Source of the DNA: a bacterium
GTDB taxonomy: Bacteria; Hinthialibacterota; Hinthialibacteria; Hinthialibacterales; Hinthialibacteraceae
Direction of reading: 5' to 3'
Assembly (NCBI GenBank): GCA_016125385.1
Contig: WGLV01000039.1
Span: 7,343-71,342, forward strand
Length of the DNA: 64,000 nt
This document shows, piece after piece, positions 52,966 to 61,733 of this stretch (its first letter is position 1; every line of letters starts with the position of its first letter). The translations under genes and the position numbers were made by a program. The notes beneath the pieces are model-generated. The model was not told the DNA's origin and searched no databases. It was given only the letters and a program-made list of their open reading frames with translations.

Positions 52966-53151
52966 TTACCCTTCGTCGTGATCGTCGGTTGAATTTTTCA
53001 CCGCATCCTTATTGCGGCGCCGTCTGACGGCGTCACGCAACAGGAATTCGATCTGGCCGTTGATGCTGCGCAACTCCTGGTCGGCCCAGGCGCTGAGCTC
53101 ATCCCACAGACGAGGATCGAGACGCAGTAAAAAACTCTTTCGTTTCGTCAT
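52966..53151 (-). CDS. Arc/MetJ-type ribbon-helix-helix DNA-binding protein (61 aa).
   Basis: KRKSFLLRLDPRLWDELSAWADQELRSINGQIEFLLRDAV: an N-terminal beta-strand (SFLLRL) plus two helices, typical of RHH repressors. A basic tail follows. Confidence 0.6.
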   Translation of the reverse strand: MTKRKSFLLRLDPRLWDELSAWADQELRSINGQIEFLLRDAVRRRRNKDAVKNSTDDHDEG

Positions 53152-53222
53152 AATCGTTACATGAATCCGGTTTCAATCGATCCCCGCGCCGCGATCAATG
53201 CGGCGCGGAGATCGACGAATGG

Positions 53223-54101
53223 TTAGTTATAAAGCGTGCCCGTGTTGACCACCGGCTGGGCGTTTTCTTCACTGCATAACACCACCAGCAGGTTGCTGAC
53301 CATGGAGGCTTTGCGTTCTTCGTCGAGTTCGACCACCTGCTTTTCGCCGAGTTCCTTCAACGCCATGTCGACCATGCCGACCGCGCCTTCGACGATACGT
53401 TTGCGCGCGGCGATGACAGCCTGCGCCTGTTGGCGGCGCAACATGGCGCCGGCGATCTCGGGCGCATAGGCAAGGTGGCTGATACGGGCTTCTTCGACGC
53501 GCACGCCAGCCTTGGCGAGGCGGTCCTGCAATTCAGCCATCAGCAGGTCGTTCACGCCGTCGGTCCCCTGGCGGAGAGACACTTCCTCGTCTTCTGAATC
53601 ATACGGATATTTGCCCGCCAGGTGACGCACGGCGGCTTCGCTCTGAATCTCGACGTAATCTTCGTAATCGTCGACTTCAAACAGGGCGTGGGCGGTATTG
53701 GTGACTTTCCATACCACCACGGCGGCGATTTCGATCGGGTTGCCGCTCTGGTCGTTCACCTTCAGCCGGTTACCGTTAAGGTTGCGCGACCGCAGTGAAA
53801 TATTTTTAACTGAAGTAAACGGGTTTCGCCACAGAAAGCCGTTCTTTTTCACCGTTCCCTGATAGTGTCCAAACAGCACCAGAGCGCCCGCCTGATTGGG
53901 CTGAAGTATATACAGCCCGACAAGGATCAGAATCCCCACCCCCAGCACGAAAAACGAGGCGATGAACAACCATGGGCTGTTGTATTCTTTCAGCTGCGTG
54001 ATGCCCAGATAAAACACATACGCCGTGACCAACAGCACAAGAATTCCAAGACACAACATGCCCCAGCCAGACATCGGTTGTATTTCTTTTTCTTCGACCA
54101 T
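53223..54101 (-). CDS. SPFH/band-7 (stomatin/prohibitin/flotillin/HflK/C-like) membrane protein.
   Basis: An N-terminal TM segment ([20 protein letters not shown]... and a second hydrophobic stretch) is followed by the SPFH core ([25 protein letters not shown]...[18 protein letters not shown]) and a C-terminal coiled coil. Confidence 0.8.
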   Translation of the reverse strand: MVEEKEIQPMSGWGMLCLGILVLLVTAYVFYLGITQLKEYNSPWLFIASFFVLGVGILILVGLYILQPNQAGALVLFGHYQGTVKKNGFLWRNPFTSVKNISLRSRNLNGNRLKVNDQSGNPIEIAAVVVWKVTNTAHALFEVDDYEDYVEIQSEAAVRHLAGKYPYDSEDEEVSLRQGTDGVNDLLMAELQDRLAKAGVRVEEARISHLAYAPEIAGAMLRRQQAQAVIAARKRIVEGAVGMVDMALKELGEKQVVELDEERKASMVSNLLVVLCSEENAQPVVNTGTLYN

Positions 54102-54201
54102 CGGTGCGTCCTCCTGAAGGGAACAATTTCATTTCAATACCAATATGATATCACTTTTATATCAAAAAGGGCGCGGTGTCAATGTTTTTTTAAAAAAAAA
54201 A

Positions 54202-54759
54202 TTATTTTGAGTGAGAAACCCAGACGGTTTCGGGAGAGCCTGACTGCAGATTTTGAAAACGGGCCATGATGAACAAAAGGTCTGAAAGCCTGTTTAAGTA
54301 TTGAATTACTAGAGTGTTAACTGGTTCGCTCTGACTTAATGTTACGGCTTGCCGTTCAGCGCGGCGGCACACCGCGCGAGCCAGATGAAGATGAGCCGCC
54401 GCCCTGTCCCCTCCCGGCAGGATGAACTGACGAAGCGGCGGCAGCGATTCGTTCATCCGGTCGATTTCTCTTTCGAGAAACTCAACGTGGGCGGATGAAA
54501 TACGGGGAATAGCGAGTTTCACTGCCTCATCCGCCGGGCATGCCAGGTCGGCGCCGAGATCGAAGAGATGAGATTGAATCCGGACGAGCGCTTCCGCCAC
54601 GCTTGCGTCCAGCGGATTCGTCAGAATAACGCCGAGAACGGAGTTGAGCTCATCAGCCTCGCCATAGGCTTCGACTCGGCGAGCGTTTTTGGGTAGGCGT
54701 TGACCGGTTGCCAGACAGGTGGTTCCGTCATCGCCGGTGCGCGTATAGATTTTTACCAT
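54202..54759 (-). CDS. PduO-type ATP:cob(I)alamin adenosyltransferase (MMAB-like).
   Basis: MVKIYTRTGDDGTTCL is the canonical PduO/ATR N-terminus (TGDxGxT), with ...RVEAYGEADELNSVLG and the R...E...H four-helix-bundle motifs. Confidence 0.85.
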   Translation of the reverse strand: MVKIYTRTGDDGTTCLATGQRLPKNARRVEAYGEADELNSVLGVILTNPLDASVAEALVRIQSHLFDLGADLACPADEAVKLAIPRISSAHVEFLEREIDRMNESLPPLRQFILPGGDRAAAHLHLARAVCRRAERQAVTLSQSEPVNTLVIQYLNRLSDLLFIMARFQNLQSGSPETVWVSHSK

Positions 54760-54862
54760 GTTTCACCTGGGTTCGGCTGTGTGCTTTCTCATACGGATTA
54801 AGGGTTCGGTTGTGCGGCGGTCGCCGCATGAGTAACCCGAATCTTTTCAATATGAGGCCGCC

Positions 54863-55558
54863 ATGACTCGATTCAAATGTCTGTTGTTCGTCCTGCCTTT
54901 GGTTGCATTTCTCCCGCCGCAAGGCTGTTCACAAACGATTTCGTATCAGATGGGAGTAGACGGATATGCGAATTATCACGACGTTGTGATCTCATCGCAA
55001 TACTCAAACGCCAGTTATGGCAACCTGGGTAACATCTCTAATAATAACCGCCATCTGTTGATCCGCTTTGGGTCGCTCACCGCCGAACCGGGAATCTACA
55101 GCGCGACGCTGGAACTTTACCCACAAACGGTGATCTCGGCGGGAACGTTTAATTTGTATCGAATCAGCCGGACGAACTGGAACGATCCAGCCGCTACCCT
55201 CAATCCACCGTCTTCAAACAGCATGTACCCTACCTGGAATTACGAAAATTATAATTTACTCGCATGGAACACGCCCGGCGTGGTGGGTGGAACGGACGTC
55301 ATCGGCCAGTGGGGCTCGCAATATCATTCCGATTCAAGCGCACTGGTTTTTAACGCGACCACGGTGGTGAGCGGCGGAGATGAATCGATTGCGTTGGTAT
55401 TGACGTGTTCAGGCGAATATACGTTGTATCACGCCAGTAACTATCCTTCAACGGCGTATCTGCCGCGTCTGACGTTGACGCTGCTTGAAGCGATCGGCAT
55501 GAGCAGAGGCGGGCTGGATTGGAGCGCGATGTGGAACCCATTCCGCGCGTTGCGATGA
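54863..55558 (+). CDS. Secreted hypothetical protein (possible lipoprotein; predicted beta-sandwich) in a lower-GC patch.
   Basis: The signal peptide MTRFKCLLFVLPLVAFLPPQGC has a possible lipobox Cys. The body is S/T/N/Y-rich. The NNRHLLIRFGSL segment is weakly reminiscent of DNRLRE-type carbohydrate-binding domains. Local GC is ~50% versus ~60% in the flanks. Confidence 0.6.
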   Translation: MTRFKCLLFVLPLVAFLPPQGCSQTISYQMGVDGYANYHDVVISSQYSNASYGNLGNISNNNRHLLIRFGSLTAEPGIYSATLELYPQTVISAGTFNLYRISRTNWNDPAATLNPPSSNSMYPTWNYENYNLLAWNTPGVVGGTDVIGQWGSQYHSDSSALVFNATTVVSGGDESIALVLTCSGEYTLYHASNYPSTAYLPRLTLTLLEAIGMSRGGLDWSAMWNPFRALR

Positions 55559-55647
55559 CGGCTGAAGGGCCCCCGTTCGTATTGCATTTTACCGGCGTGC
55601 GAGTACCATCGTGAGCGGCGCTTTTCGCCATCGAGGGACACGATTCA

Positions 55648-56589
55648 ATGACACGATATCTGGTCACCGGGGGAGCGGGATTCATCGGCTCCCATCTGGT
55701 CGAACATTTGCTCAATGAAGGATTCGAAACGGCGGTTCTGGATAATTTCTGTACCGGCCGCCGAGAAAATCTCGAACCGTTTCTCGGCCGCGTCGACTTT
55801 TTTGAAGCGGATCTGCGCGACCGTGACGCGGTGCGCCGGGCGGTGGAGGGCGTTGATTACATTCTGCATCAAGCGGCGTTGCCCTCGGTCCCCCGTTCGA
55901 TTGAACAGCCGCTCGAATCGCATGAAGTTAACGTAACCGGCACGGTGAACCTGCTCGACGCCGCGCGGGACGCGGGCGTCAAGCGTCTGGTGTATGCGGC
56001 GTCGTCTTCCGCGTACGGAGATATTGATGCCCCGGTTAAGCGCGAAGACATGCCGGTGAATCCCCTTTCGCCTTACGGCGCCGCCAAACTGGCCGGCGAG
56101 CACTATTGTAAGGCGTTTTATCACTCATGCGGCCTTGAAACCGTTTGCCTGCGTTATTTCAACGTCTTTGGTCCCCGTCAGAATCCCTACTCTCCTTACA
56201 CCGGCGTACTGGCGATCTTTATTCCGCTGATGCTGCAAAACAAACGTCCAACCATATTCGGCGATGGTTCCGTGACGCGGGATTTCACTTTTATTCAGAA
56301 CAACGTGCGCGCCAACATGCTGGCCGCCATGGCGCCAGGAGCGGCGGGCGAAACGTTTAATATCGCCACCGGCGTCAGTCATTCGCTGCTCGATCTGGTT
56401 GAGACCATCAACGGAATTCTCGGCACGAATCTCGAACCCGAGTTCGCTCCGGTGCGCAAAGGCGATATTCAGCATTCGCTGGCCTCGATCGACAAAGCGC
56501 GTGAGATTCTTGGTTATGAACCGCTGGTTGATTTTGAAGAAGGCATGCGCCGAACGGTGGAGTGGTACCGGGAAGAATTGAAAAAATAG
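55648..56589 (+). CDS. NAD-dependent nucleotide-sugar epimerase (extended SDR; WbpP/Gne/UDP-GlcNAc 4-epimerase-like).
   Basis: The Rossmann motif is VTGGAGFIGSHL. The catalytic triad region is ASSSAYG...YGAAK (S/YxxxK). Overall colinearity with UDP-hexose 4-epimerases. Confidence 0.9.
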   Translation: MTRYLVTGGAGFIGSHLVEHLLNEGFETAVLDNFCTGRRENLEPFLGRVDFFEADLRDRDAVRRAVEGVDYILHQAALPSVPRSIEQPLESHEVNVTGTVNLLDAARDAGVKRLVYAASSSAYGDIDAPVKREDMPVNPLSPYGAAKLAGEHYCKAFYHSCGLETVCLRYFNVFGPRQNPYSPYTGVLAIFIPLMLQNKRPTIFGDGSVTRDFTFIQNNVRANMLAAMAPGAAGETFNIATGVSHSLLDLVETINGILGTNLEPEFAPVRKGDIQHSLASIDKAREILGYEPLVDFEEGMRRTVEWYREELKK

Positions 56590-56603
56590 GCATGGTATGA
56601 ATT

Positions 56604-56903
56604 CTAATTTATCTCGGTCTGCATAATTATATCCCGATTCTGAGCATCATGCAGAACGCGGATGATTTCGATGCGTTCTGATAATACCTGATAATATATG
56701 ACATGATTTTGGAATGGAAAGCTGCGTATTCCTGCTTGCAATTCCCGGCGGATTCTTCCAATGTGAGGATTAATAGTAATCTTTTCAAATTGATTAAATA
56801 TCATTTCAACGAAGCGATCAGCCCGATTAACGCTGTCTTTCGCAATGAAATTCCAAAGTTCTTCAAGATCAGTTTCAGCGGCGGGCCGAAGGAAAAATTT
56901 CAC
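56604..56903 (-). CDS. parE: ParE/RelE-superfamily type II toxin.
   Basis: MKFFLRPAAETDLEELWNFIAKDSVNRADRFVEMIFNQFEKITINPHIGRIRRELQAGIRSFPFQNHVIYYQV...IEIIRVLHDAQN matches the ParE consensus (the DLxxIxxYI-like N-terminus; the R...P conserved core; YRVxxxxIxIxRVLH). Local GC is ~42%. Confidence 0.75.
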   Translation of the reverse strand: MKFFLRPAAETDLEELWNFIAKDSVNRADRFVEMIFNQFEKITINPHIGRIRRELQAGIRSFPFQNHVIYYQVLSERIEIIRVLHDAQNRDIIMQTEIN

Positions 56904-56931
56904 GGTGTTAAGCCTGAATCTGTTGATGCGA

Positions 56932-57186
56932 TTATTTACGCATTTTAGTCAGAAATTCCAGTGCGCTTGTCTCTTTCGCGGGGCCGCTGTCCAGCCCTTT
57001 TTGAATTTCGCCGCGCAACATATTGATTGTTTCTTCTTCACGGAGATCGCGTTCTTCAAGCAAGCGGATCGCTTCTCCTATCGCTTCATCAGGCGATGCG
57101 TATTTCCCTATTGAAACAAGATGCGCTATTTTTCTTTCAAGTTCTGGAGTTAACGGCAGACTCATGTTTCTCTCCAAATTTATCAT
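56932..57186 (-). CDS. parD: ParD-like RHH antitoxin (COG3609).
   Basis: MSLPLTPELERKIAHLVSIGKYASPDEAIGEAIRLLEERD matches the ParD/COG3609 N-terminal RHH (SxxLPxELxxxIxxxVxSGxYxSxSEVIRxALRxLE). It is immediately upstream of parE on the same strand. A CTTGT-N11-ACAAG inverted repeat lies in its upstream region (~57190-57210). Confidence 0.7.
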   Translation of the reverse strand: MINLERNMSLPLTPELERKIAHLVSIGKYASPDEAIGEAIRLLEERDLREEETINMLRGEIQKGLDSGPAKETSALEFLTKMRK

Positions 57187-57212
57187 TCTTGTTTGATTGT
57201 ATCACAAGATCG

Positions 57213-58931
57213 CTAGCGGCGCCGCAACCATTTCATCAATTCGCCGGGGGATAGCGTATTGACAACGTCGCGCGCCTTCAGCCCCCCACGCCGCGCCATT
57301 TTGACTCCCAGCGGCAGATGATCGAAATCGCTGACTGAATGCGTATCGCAGTTAATCGTGAAGCGCACGCCGTGCGCCTTCGCTTCACGGATGAGGCGGT
57401 CGTTGAGGTCGAGCCTCAAGTCGTAAGAATTGATCTCCATCGCGACTCCGTGTTTGGCCGCCGCCGCGAAGATGCGATCCGTATCGAGTTCGATGGGGGG
57501 GCGTTTGCCGATCAGCCTTCCGGTGGGATGCGCGATGATATCGACGTGGGGGTTCTCGATCGCCCGTAACACGCGCGCGGTCATTTTGTCGCGGGGTTGT
57601 TCGAATGAAGCGTGTACAGAGGCGATAACCAGATCGAGGCGCGATAGCAGATCGTCGTCGAAATCCATCGAACCGTCGGCCCGGATATCGACTTCGCTGC
57701 CCGCCAGCACGCGCGCGCCGTCGTGCGATTCGTTAAAATCATGAATCTCATCGATCTGTTTTTTCAACCGGTCGGGCGTCAGGCCGTTGGCCACGCCCAG
57801 CGAGCCAGAATGGTCGGTCACCGCGACGATCTCGAAGCCTCGTTTCTCCGCCTGTTCAACCAACTCGGCGAGCGTCATGTGGCCGTCGCTGGCGGTGGTG
57901 TGATTGTGCAGCGCGGCGCGAAGGTCGCTCATGTCGATCAGATGGGGCAGGGCGCCGCCTTCGGCGAGATCGATCTCGTCCCGGCCCTCGCGCAGTTCGG
58001 GTGGAATCCAGGCCAGCCCCAGCGCGTCAAAGATATCTTCTTCTGTCTCACCGGCGATGAGCCGATCCGTTTCGGTTTCGAACAGGCCGTACTCGTTGAG
58101 TTTCCATTTTCGCTTGACCGCGCGTTCGCGCATGAGCACGTTGTGTTCTTTCGAACCGGTGAAATAGTGAAACGCCGCGCCGAATGACGACGCCTCGACC
58201 ACGCGCAGATCGGCCTGCAAACCGCGCTCGACGAGGACGCTCGATTTGGTATCGCCTTGCGCGAGCGTTTCGCTAACGCCTTCGGCGGAGACGAACGCCC
58301 GCATCACGGCTTCGGAATCGGCGGCGGAGGCGAGTATGTCGACGTCGCCCACGGTCTCGCGTCCGCGCCGCAGGCTGCCCGCGATTTCAGCACGGCTCAC
58401 GCCTTTTACCTTGCGTACGACTTCGAGCAGCGCGTTGGCGGCGCCGCCGGCGAAACCCAGCGTGAATCGATCGGTGGTCTGTTCGAGATTGATGATCGCT
58501 TTGAGGATCTTTTCTTCGCTCCTGGCGCCCATCTTGGGCAGGCCGCGCAGCTTGCCCGCTTCCGCCGCCTGTTTCAATTCGGCGATCGAGCCCACGCCCA
58601 GTTCGTCATACACCAGTTTGACCTTCTTCGGGCCCATGCCGTTTACTTTGAGCAGGTCGAGTATCCCATCGGGCAGGTCTTTTTTTAATTCATGGAATTC
58701 ATCAACCGAGCCGGTCTGAAACAGCTCGTCGATCTTTTCGGCGATGCCCTTGCCGACGCCTTTGATTCCGGTCAGTTCGCCGTGTTCCCATGTTTCGCGC
58801 AATGGACGTTCGGCGAATTTGATCGCGCGCGCCGCGTTCTGATAGGCGCGGATTTTAAACTGATTCTCTCCGCGAATCTCCAGCAGGTTGGCCATATCTT
58901 CAAACAGGGTGGCGATTTGGGCGTTATCCAT
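57213..58931 (-). CDS. Family X DNA polymerase with a C-terminal PHP phosphoesterase domain (PolX).
   Basis: Helix-hairpin-helix and Pol-beta-like motifs are present (GIKGVGKGIAEKI; GSLRRGRETVGDVDIL, the catalytic DxD). The C-terminal PHP His/Asp motifs are LHNHTTASDGH; VTDHS; DFDHLP. The first ATG (MDNAQIA...) is at ~58931; the track start at 58940 is a TTG. Confidence 0.85.
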   Translation of the reverse strand: MDNAQIATLFEDMANLLEIRGENQFKIRAYQNAARAIKFAERPLRETWEHGELTGIKGVGKGIAEKIDELFQTGSVDEFHELKKDLPDGILDLLKVNGMGPKKVKLVYDELGVGSIAELKQAAEAGKLRGLPKMGARSEEKILKAIINLEQTTDRFTLGFAGGAANALLEVVRKVKGVSRAEIAGSLRRGRETVGDVDILASAADSEAVMRAFVSAEGVSETLAQGDTKSSVLVERGLQADLRVVEASSFGAAFHYFTGSKEHNVLMRERAVKRKWKLNEYGLFETETDRLIAGETEEDIFDALGLAWIPPELREGRDEIDLAEGGALPHLIDMSDLRAALHNHTTASDGHMTLAELVEQAEKRGFEIVAVTDHSGSLGVANGLTPDRLKKQIDEIHDFNESHDGARVLAGSEVDIRADGSMDFDDDLLSRLDLVIASVHASFEQPRDKMTARVLRAIENPHVDIIAHPTGRLIGKRPPIELDTDRIFAAAAKHGVAMEINSYDLRLDLNDRLIREAKAHGVRFTINCDTHSVSDFDHLPLGVKMARRGGLKARDVVNTLSPGELMKWLRRR

Positions 58932-59070
58932 GTCTCTCAATCATCCGTTCTGGAATTGGTTTGGTTTATTGTAGGCGCGCGGCGGGCGGGATGAGAACGG
59001 CGCGCCTCCGCGCCTCTGGCGCCGCCCCGCGCCCGCCGATACCATGATATCGCACGTTGGCGAAACCATA

Positions 59071-60393
59071 ATGAACATGCTCAAACACCCGATTCGTATC
59101 GCTTTCGTCGATCTGACTTTCAACTGGCCTCCGGTGGGCGGTTGTTGGATCGACCTTCATCACGTCATGCTCGGCCTTCAGTCGCGCGGGGCGGATGTCT
59201 GCCTCTTTACGCCCGATTTTCAGGATTACTACCCTCGCGGAAAGGTGATCGAATCGCCGCCCTACCCGGTGGTTTCGATTCCGTTTAACCGCTTCAGTTT
59301 TAATTTCAAGACCGTGATGAAGCGCTTTCGCGACCGCGTGGAGGCTTTCGCGCCCGATCTGGTTTTTCTGGGCGATGGCTACCAGATGAAAAATCATCTG
59401 CTCACCGTTCTGGGGCCGGAGCGCTGCTGGCTGCGGTTTTATGCGTATGAGTTACTGTGCGTCAATCTCCATTACTACCGCTATCACGAAGAGCGGGTCT
59501 GCGGCGATGGATTCTTCAGCGATCCCGTCGAGTGTCACCGCTGCTGGTTCCGCCGGATGCCCGCCGCAGGCCGCGCTCTGCAGATCGCCACCTACCAGCC
59601 CGAGCGTCATCCCAACCTGCATTTTTCGCAGGAATATCTCGCCAGCCTGGCGCACACGGCGGGGTATCACAAACGCCTGCTTGAAAACCTGTCGCGTCTG
59701 AAGCGCGCCGTCGTGTATAACGAATTCATGAAAGACCGGCTGGCGCCTTATGCGGGCGATATCCGGGTGATTCCGTCCGGCGTTGATTCATCCGCTTTTA
59801 CGCCGCGCGAGGGCGAGCGCGTCGGCGGCCCCGTGCGCGTCTTTTTGCCGGGGCGCGCCAATGATCCGCTGAAGGGCATGGATGTCTTGATCGAAGCCTG
59901 TGACCGTCTTAACGCCGAGGGGTTGGACGTTGAAGTTCATTACACCGCCGCGATGGATCGCCCTTCACAACGCCCCTGGCTGATCAATCGTGGCTGGGTG
60001 GAACCGGCGGCGTTGCCCGCGCTGTATCGCGAAATGGATGTGATCGCGGTTCCTTCAACGTGGATCGAACCGTTCGGCATCACCGCGCTGGAAGGCATGG
60101 CGTCCGCGGTTCCCGTCGTGGCGAGCCGCACCGGTGGTCTGGCCCATACCGTGGTTCATGGCGAGACGGGATTCCATTTCGAGGCGGGCGATTCACACGG
60201 GCTGGCGAACGCGTTACGGCGTCTAGTTAACGACGCGGACCTGCGGGATGAACTGGGCCGTAATGGACGCGCGCGAATTGAATCGGTGTACGACTGGAAC
60301 CGCATTCTCGATGAGCGATACATTCCATTACTGAACGGCGATTTCACGGCGAGCGGCGCCGCGCTGAAGCCGGAGGCCGCCGCCGTATCATGA
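59071..60393 (+). CDS. GT4-family glycosyltransferase with a Cys4 (zinc-ribbon-like) insertion, first gene of a waaA-lpxK operon.
   Basis: The GT4 C-terminal domain is GRANDPLKGMD...EPFGITALEGMASAVPVVASRTGG. The inserted segment is ERVCGDGFFSDPVECHRCWFRRMP (CxxxxxxxxxxC...CxxC). Its stop overlaps the waaA ATG (ATGA). Confidence 0.8.
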   Translation: MNMLKHPIRIAFVDLTFNWPPVGGCWIDLHHVMLGLQSRGADVCLFTPDFQDYYPRGKVIESPPYPVVSIPFNRFSFNFKTVMKRFRDRVEAFAPDLVFLGDGYQMKNHLLTVLGPERCWLRFYAYELLCVNLHYYRYHEERVCGDGFFSDPVECHRCWFRRMPAAGRALQIATYQPERHPNLHFSQEYLASLAHTAGYHKRLLENLSRLKRAVVYNEFMKDRLAPYAGDIRVIPSGVDSSAFTPREGERVGGPVRVFLPGRANDPLKGMDVLIEACDRLNAEGLDVEVHYTAAMDRPSQRPWLINRGWVEPAALPALYREMDVIAVPSTWIEPFGITALEGMASAVPVVASRTGGLAHTVVHGETGFHFEAGDSHGLANALRRLVNDADLRDELGRNGRARIESVYDWNRILDERYIPLLNGDFTASGAALKPEAAAVS

Positions 60394-61733
60394 ACGCCCG
60401 CCCATCGAACCGCTTGTGGGTCTGGAGCCCTATCAGTTATCTCGGTTTCGGGCTGGCGGCGCCGGTATACGGCGCGCGTATGCTGATATCCAGTAAATAC
60501 CGGATCGGCTTGCCGCAACGGCTGACGATGTATCCCGCATCGCTCAGAAGCGCGCTGGCGCAACGGCCCAACATCTGGCTGCACGCCGTGTCGGTGGGCG
60601 AGTTGCAGGCCGCGTCGGGCCTGATTCAACGCCTGCATGACCGCTTCCCTGAGGCTCAACTGGCGGTCAGCACCGTGACGAACACCGGGCAGGGGCTTGC
60701 GCAAAAGACGCCCGCCATCGCCGCCCCGTTTTATCTTCCGCTCGATCTGTATCCGCTCTGCCGCAAAACCGCGCGGCTGGTCAAACCCGCCGCGCTGATT
60801 GTGATGGAGACCGAGTTGTGGCCCAACCTGATCCGCGCGGTCAGCGCTGAAGGCGCGCCCATTTATCTTGTCAACGCTCGCCTTTCCGATAAATCGGCTT
60901 CGCGCTATCGGCGCGCCCGCCGCTTGTTCGAACCGCTGCTGCGGCGGATCGACGGCGTCCTTGCCCAAAGCGAAGAAGACGCGCGGCGGTTCGTCGAGAT
61001 CGGCGCGCCGCCCGAACGAGTGTTCACGGCGGGCAACGTGAAATTCGACGTGGAAACCCCGGACGGCGTGGAGGAAGAACGCGCCCGTTGGCGTTCGCTG
61101 TTTCAATTGCGAGATGATGAAATTCTGCTGTTGGCCGGATCGACCTTCGCGGGAGAAGAAACCGCTCTGGCGAAATTGACGGCGAAACTGCGCGCGGAAG
61201 GGATTCCCTTACGGCTGGCGATTGCGCCGAGACACGTTGAGCGGTCCGATACAATCCTCTCTGAACTGGCGGCGTTGAATTGCGCCGCGATCCGCCGCTC
61301 CGCGCTCACCGGTGAGACGAAGATTCCTCCGGAATCCCCGATTCTGCTCGACACGATCGGCGAATTGCGGCGGGCCTATTCAGCGGCGGACGTCGTCTTC
61401 ATTGGAAAATCGCTGCACAACCGGGGCGGGCAGAACCCTATCGAGCCGGCGGTCTGGTCGAAGCCCATCGTGTTTGGCCCGCACATGCAGAATTTCCGCG
61501 ACGTGACCGCGCTGTTTCTGCGCGGCGAGGGCGCGATTCAGGTCAGCGGCGAAGATGAATTGACCGAGGCCGTGCGCGCGCTGTGCGCTTCAGAGGACGA
61601 ACGCCGCCGCCTGGGCGCCAGCGCATTGCGCGTGGTCGAGGCCAACCGGGGCGCGCTCGACCGCATTACGTGTATTCTCGACCCCGTCATTCAGGCTCGC
61701 CTGAATGACGCTTGTGCCGATCATGAAAAATGA
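60390..61733 (+). CDS. waaA: 3-deoxy-D-manno-octulosonic acid (Kdo) transferase.
   Basis: IWLHAVSVGELQAASGLIQRL..., LIVMETELWPNLI..., YLVNARLSDKSASRYRR and the C-terminal GT-B domain (FIGKSLHNRGGQNPIEPA) match KdtA/WaaA. Confidence 0.9.
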   Translation: MNARPSNRLWVWSPISYLGFGLAAPVYGARMLISSKYRIGLPQRLTMYPASLRSALAQRPNIWLHAVSVGELQAASGLIQRLHDRFPEAQLAVSTVTNTGQGLAQKTPAIAAPFYLPLDLYPLCRKTARLVKPAALIVMETELWPNLIRAVSAEGAPIYLVNARLSDKSASRYRRARRLFEPLLRRIDGVLAQSEEDARRFVEIGAPPERVFTAGNVKFDVETPDGVEEERARWRSLFQLRDDEILLLAGSTFAGEETALAKLTAKLRAEGIPLRLAIAPRHVERSDTILSELAALNCAAIRRSALTGETKIPPESPILLDTIGELRRAYSAADVVFIGKSLHNRGGQNPIEPAVWSKPIVFGPHMQNFRDVTALFLRGEGAIQVSGEDELTEAVRALCASEDERRRLGASALRVVEANRGALDRITCILDPVIQARLNDACADHEK

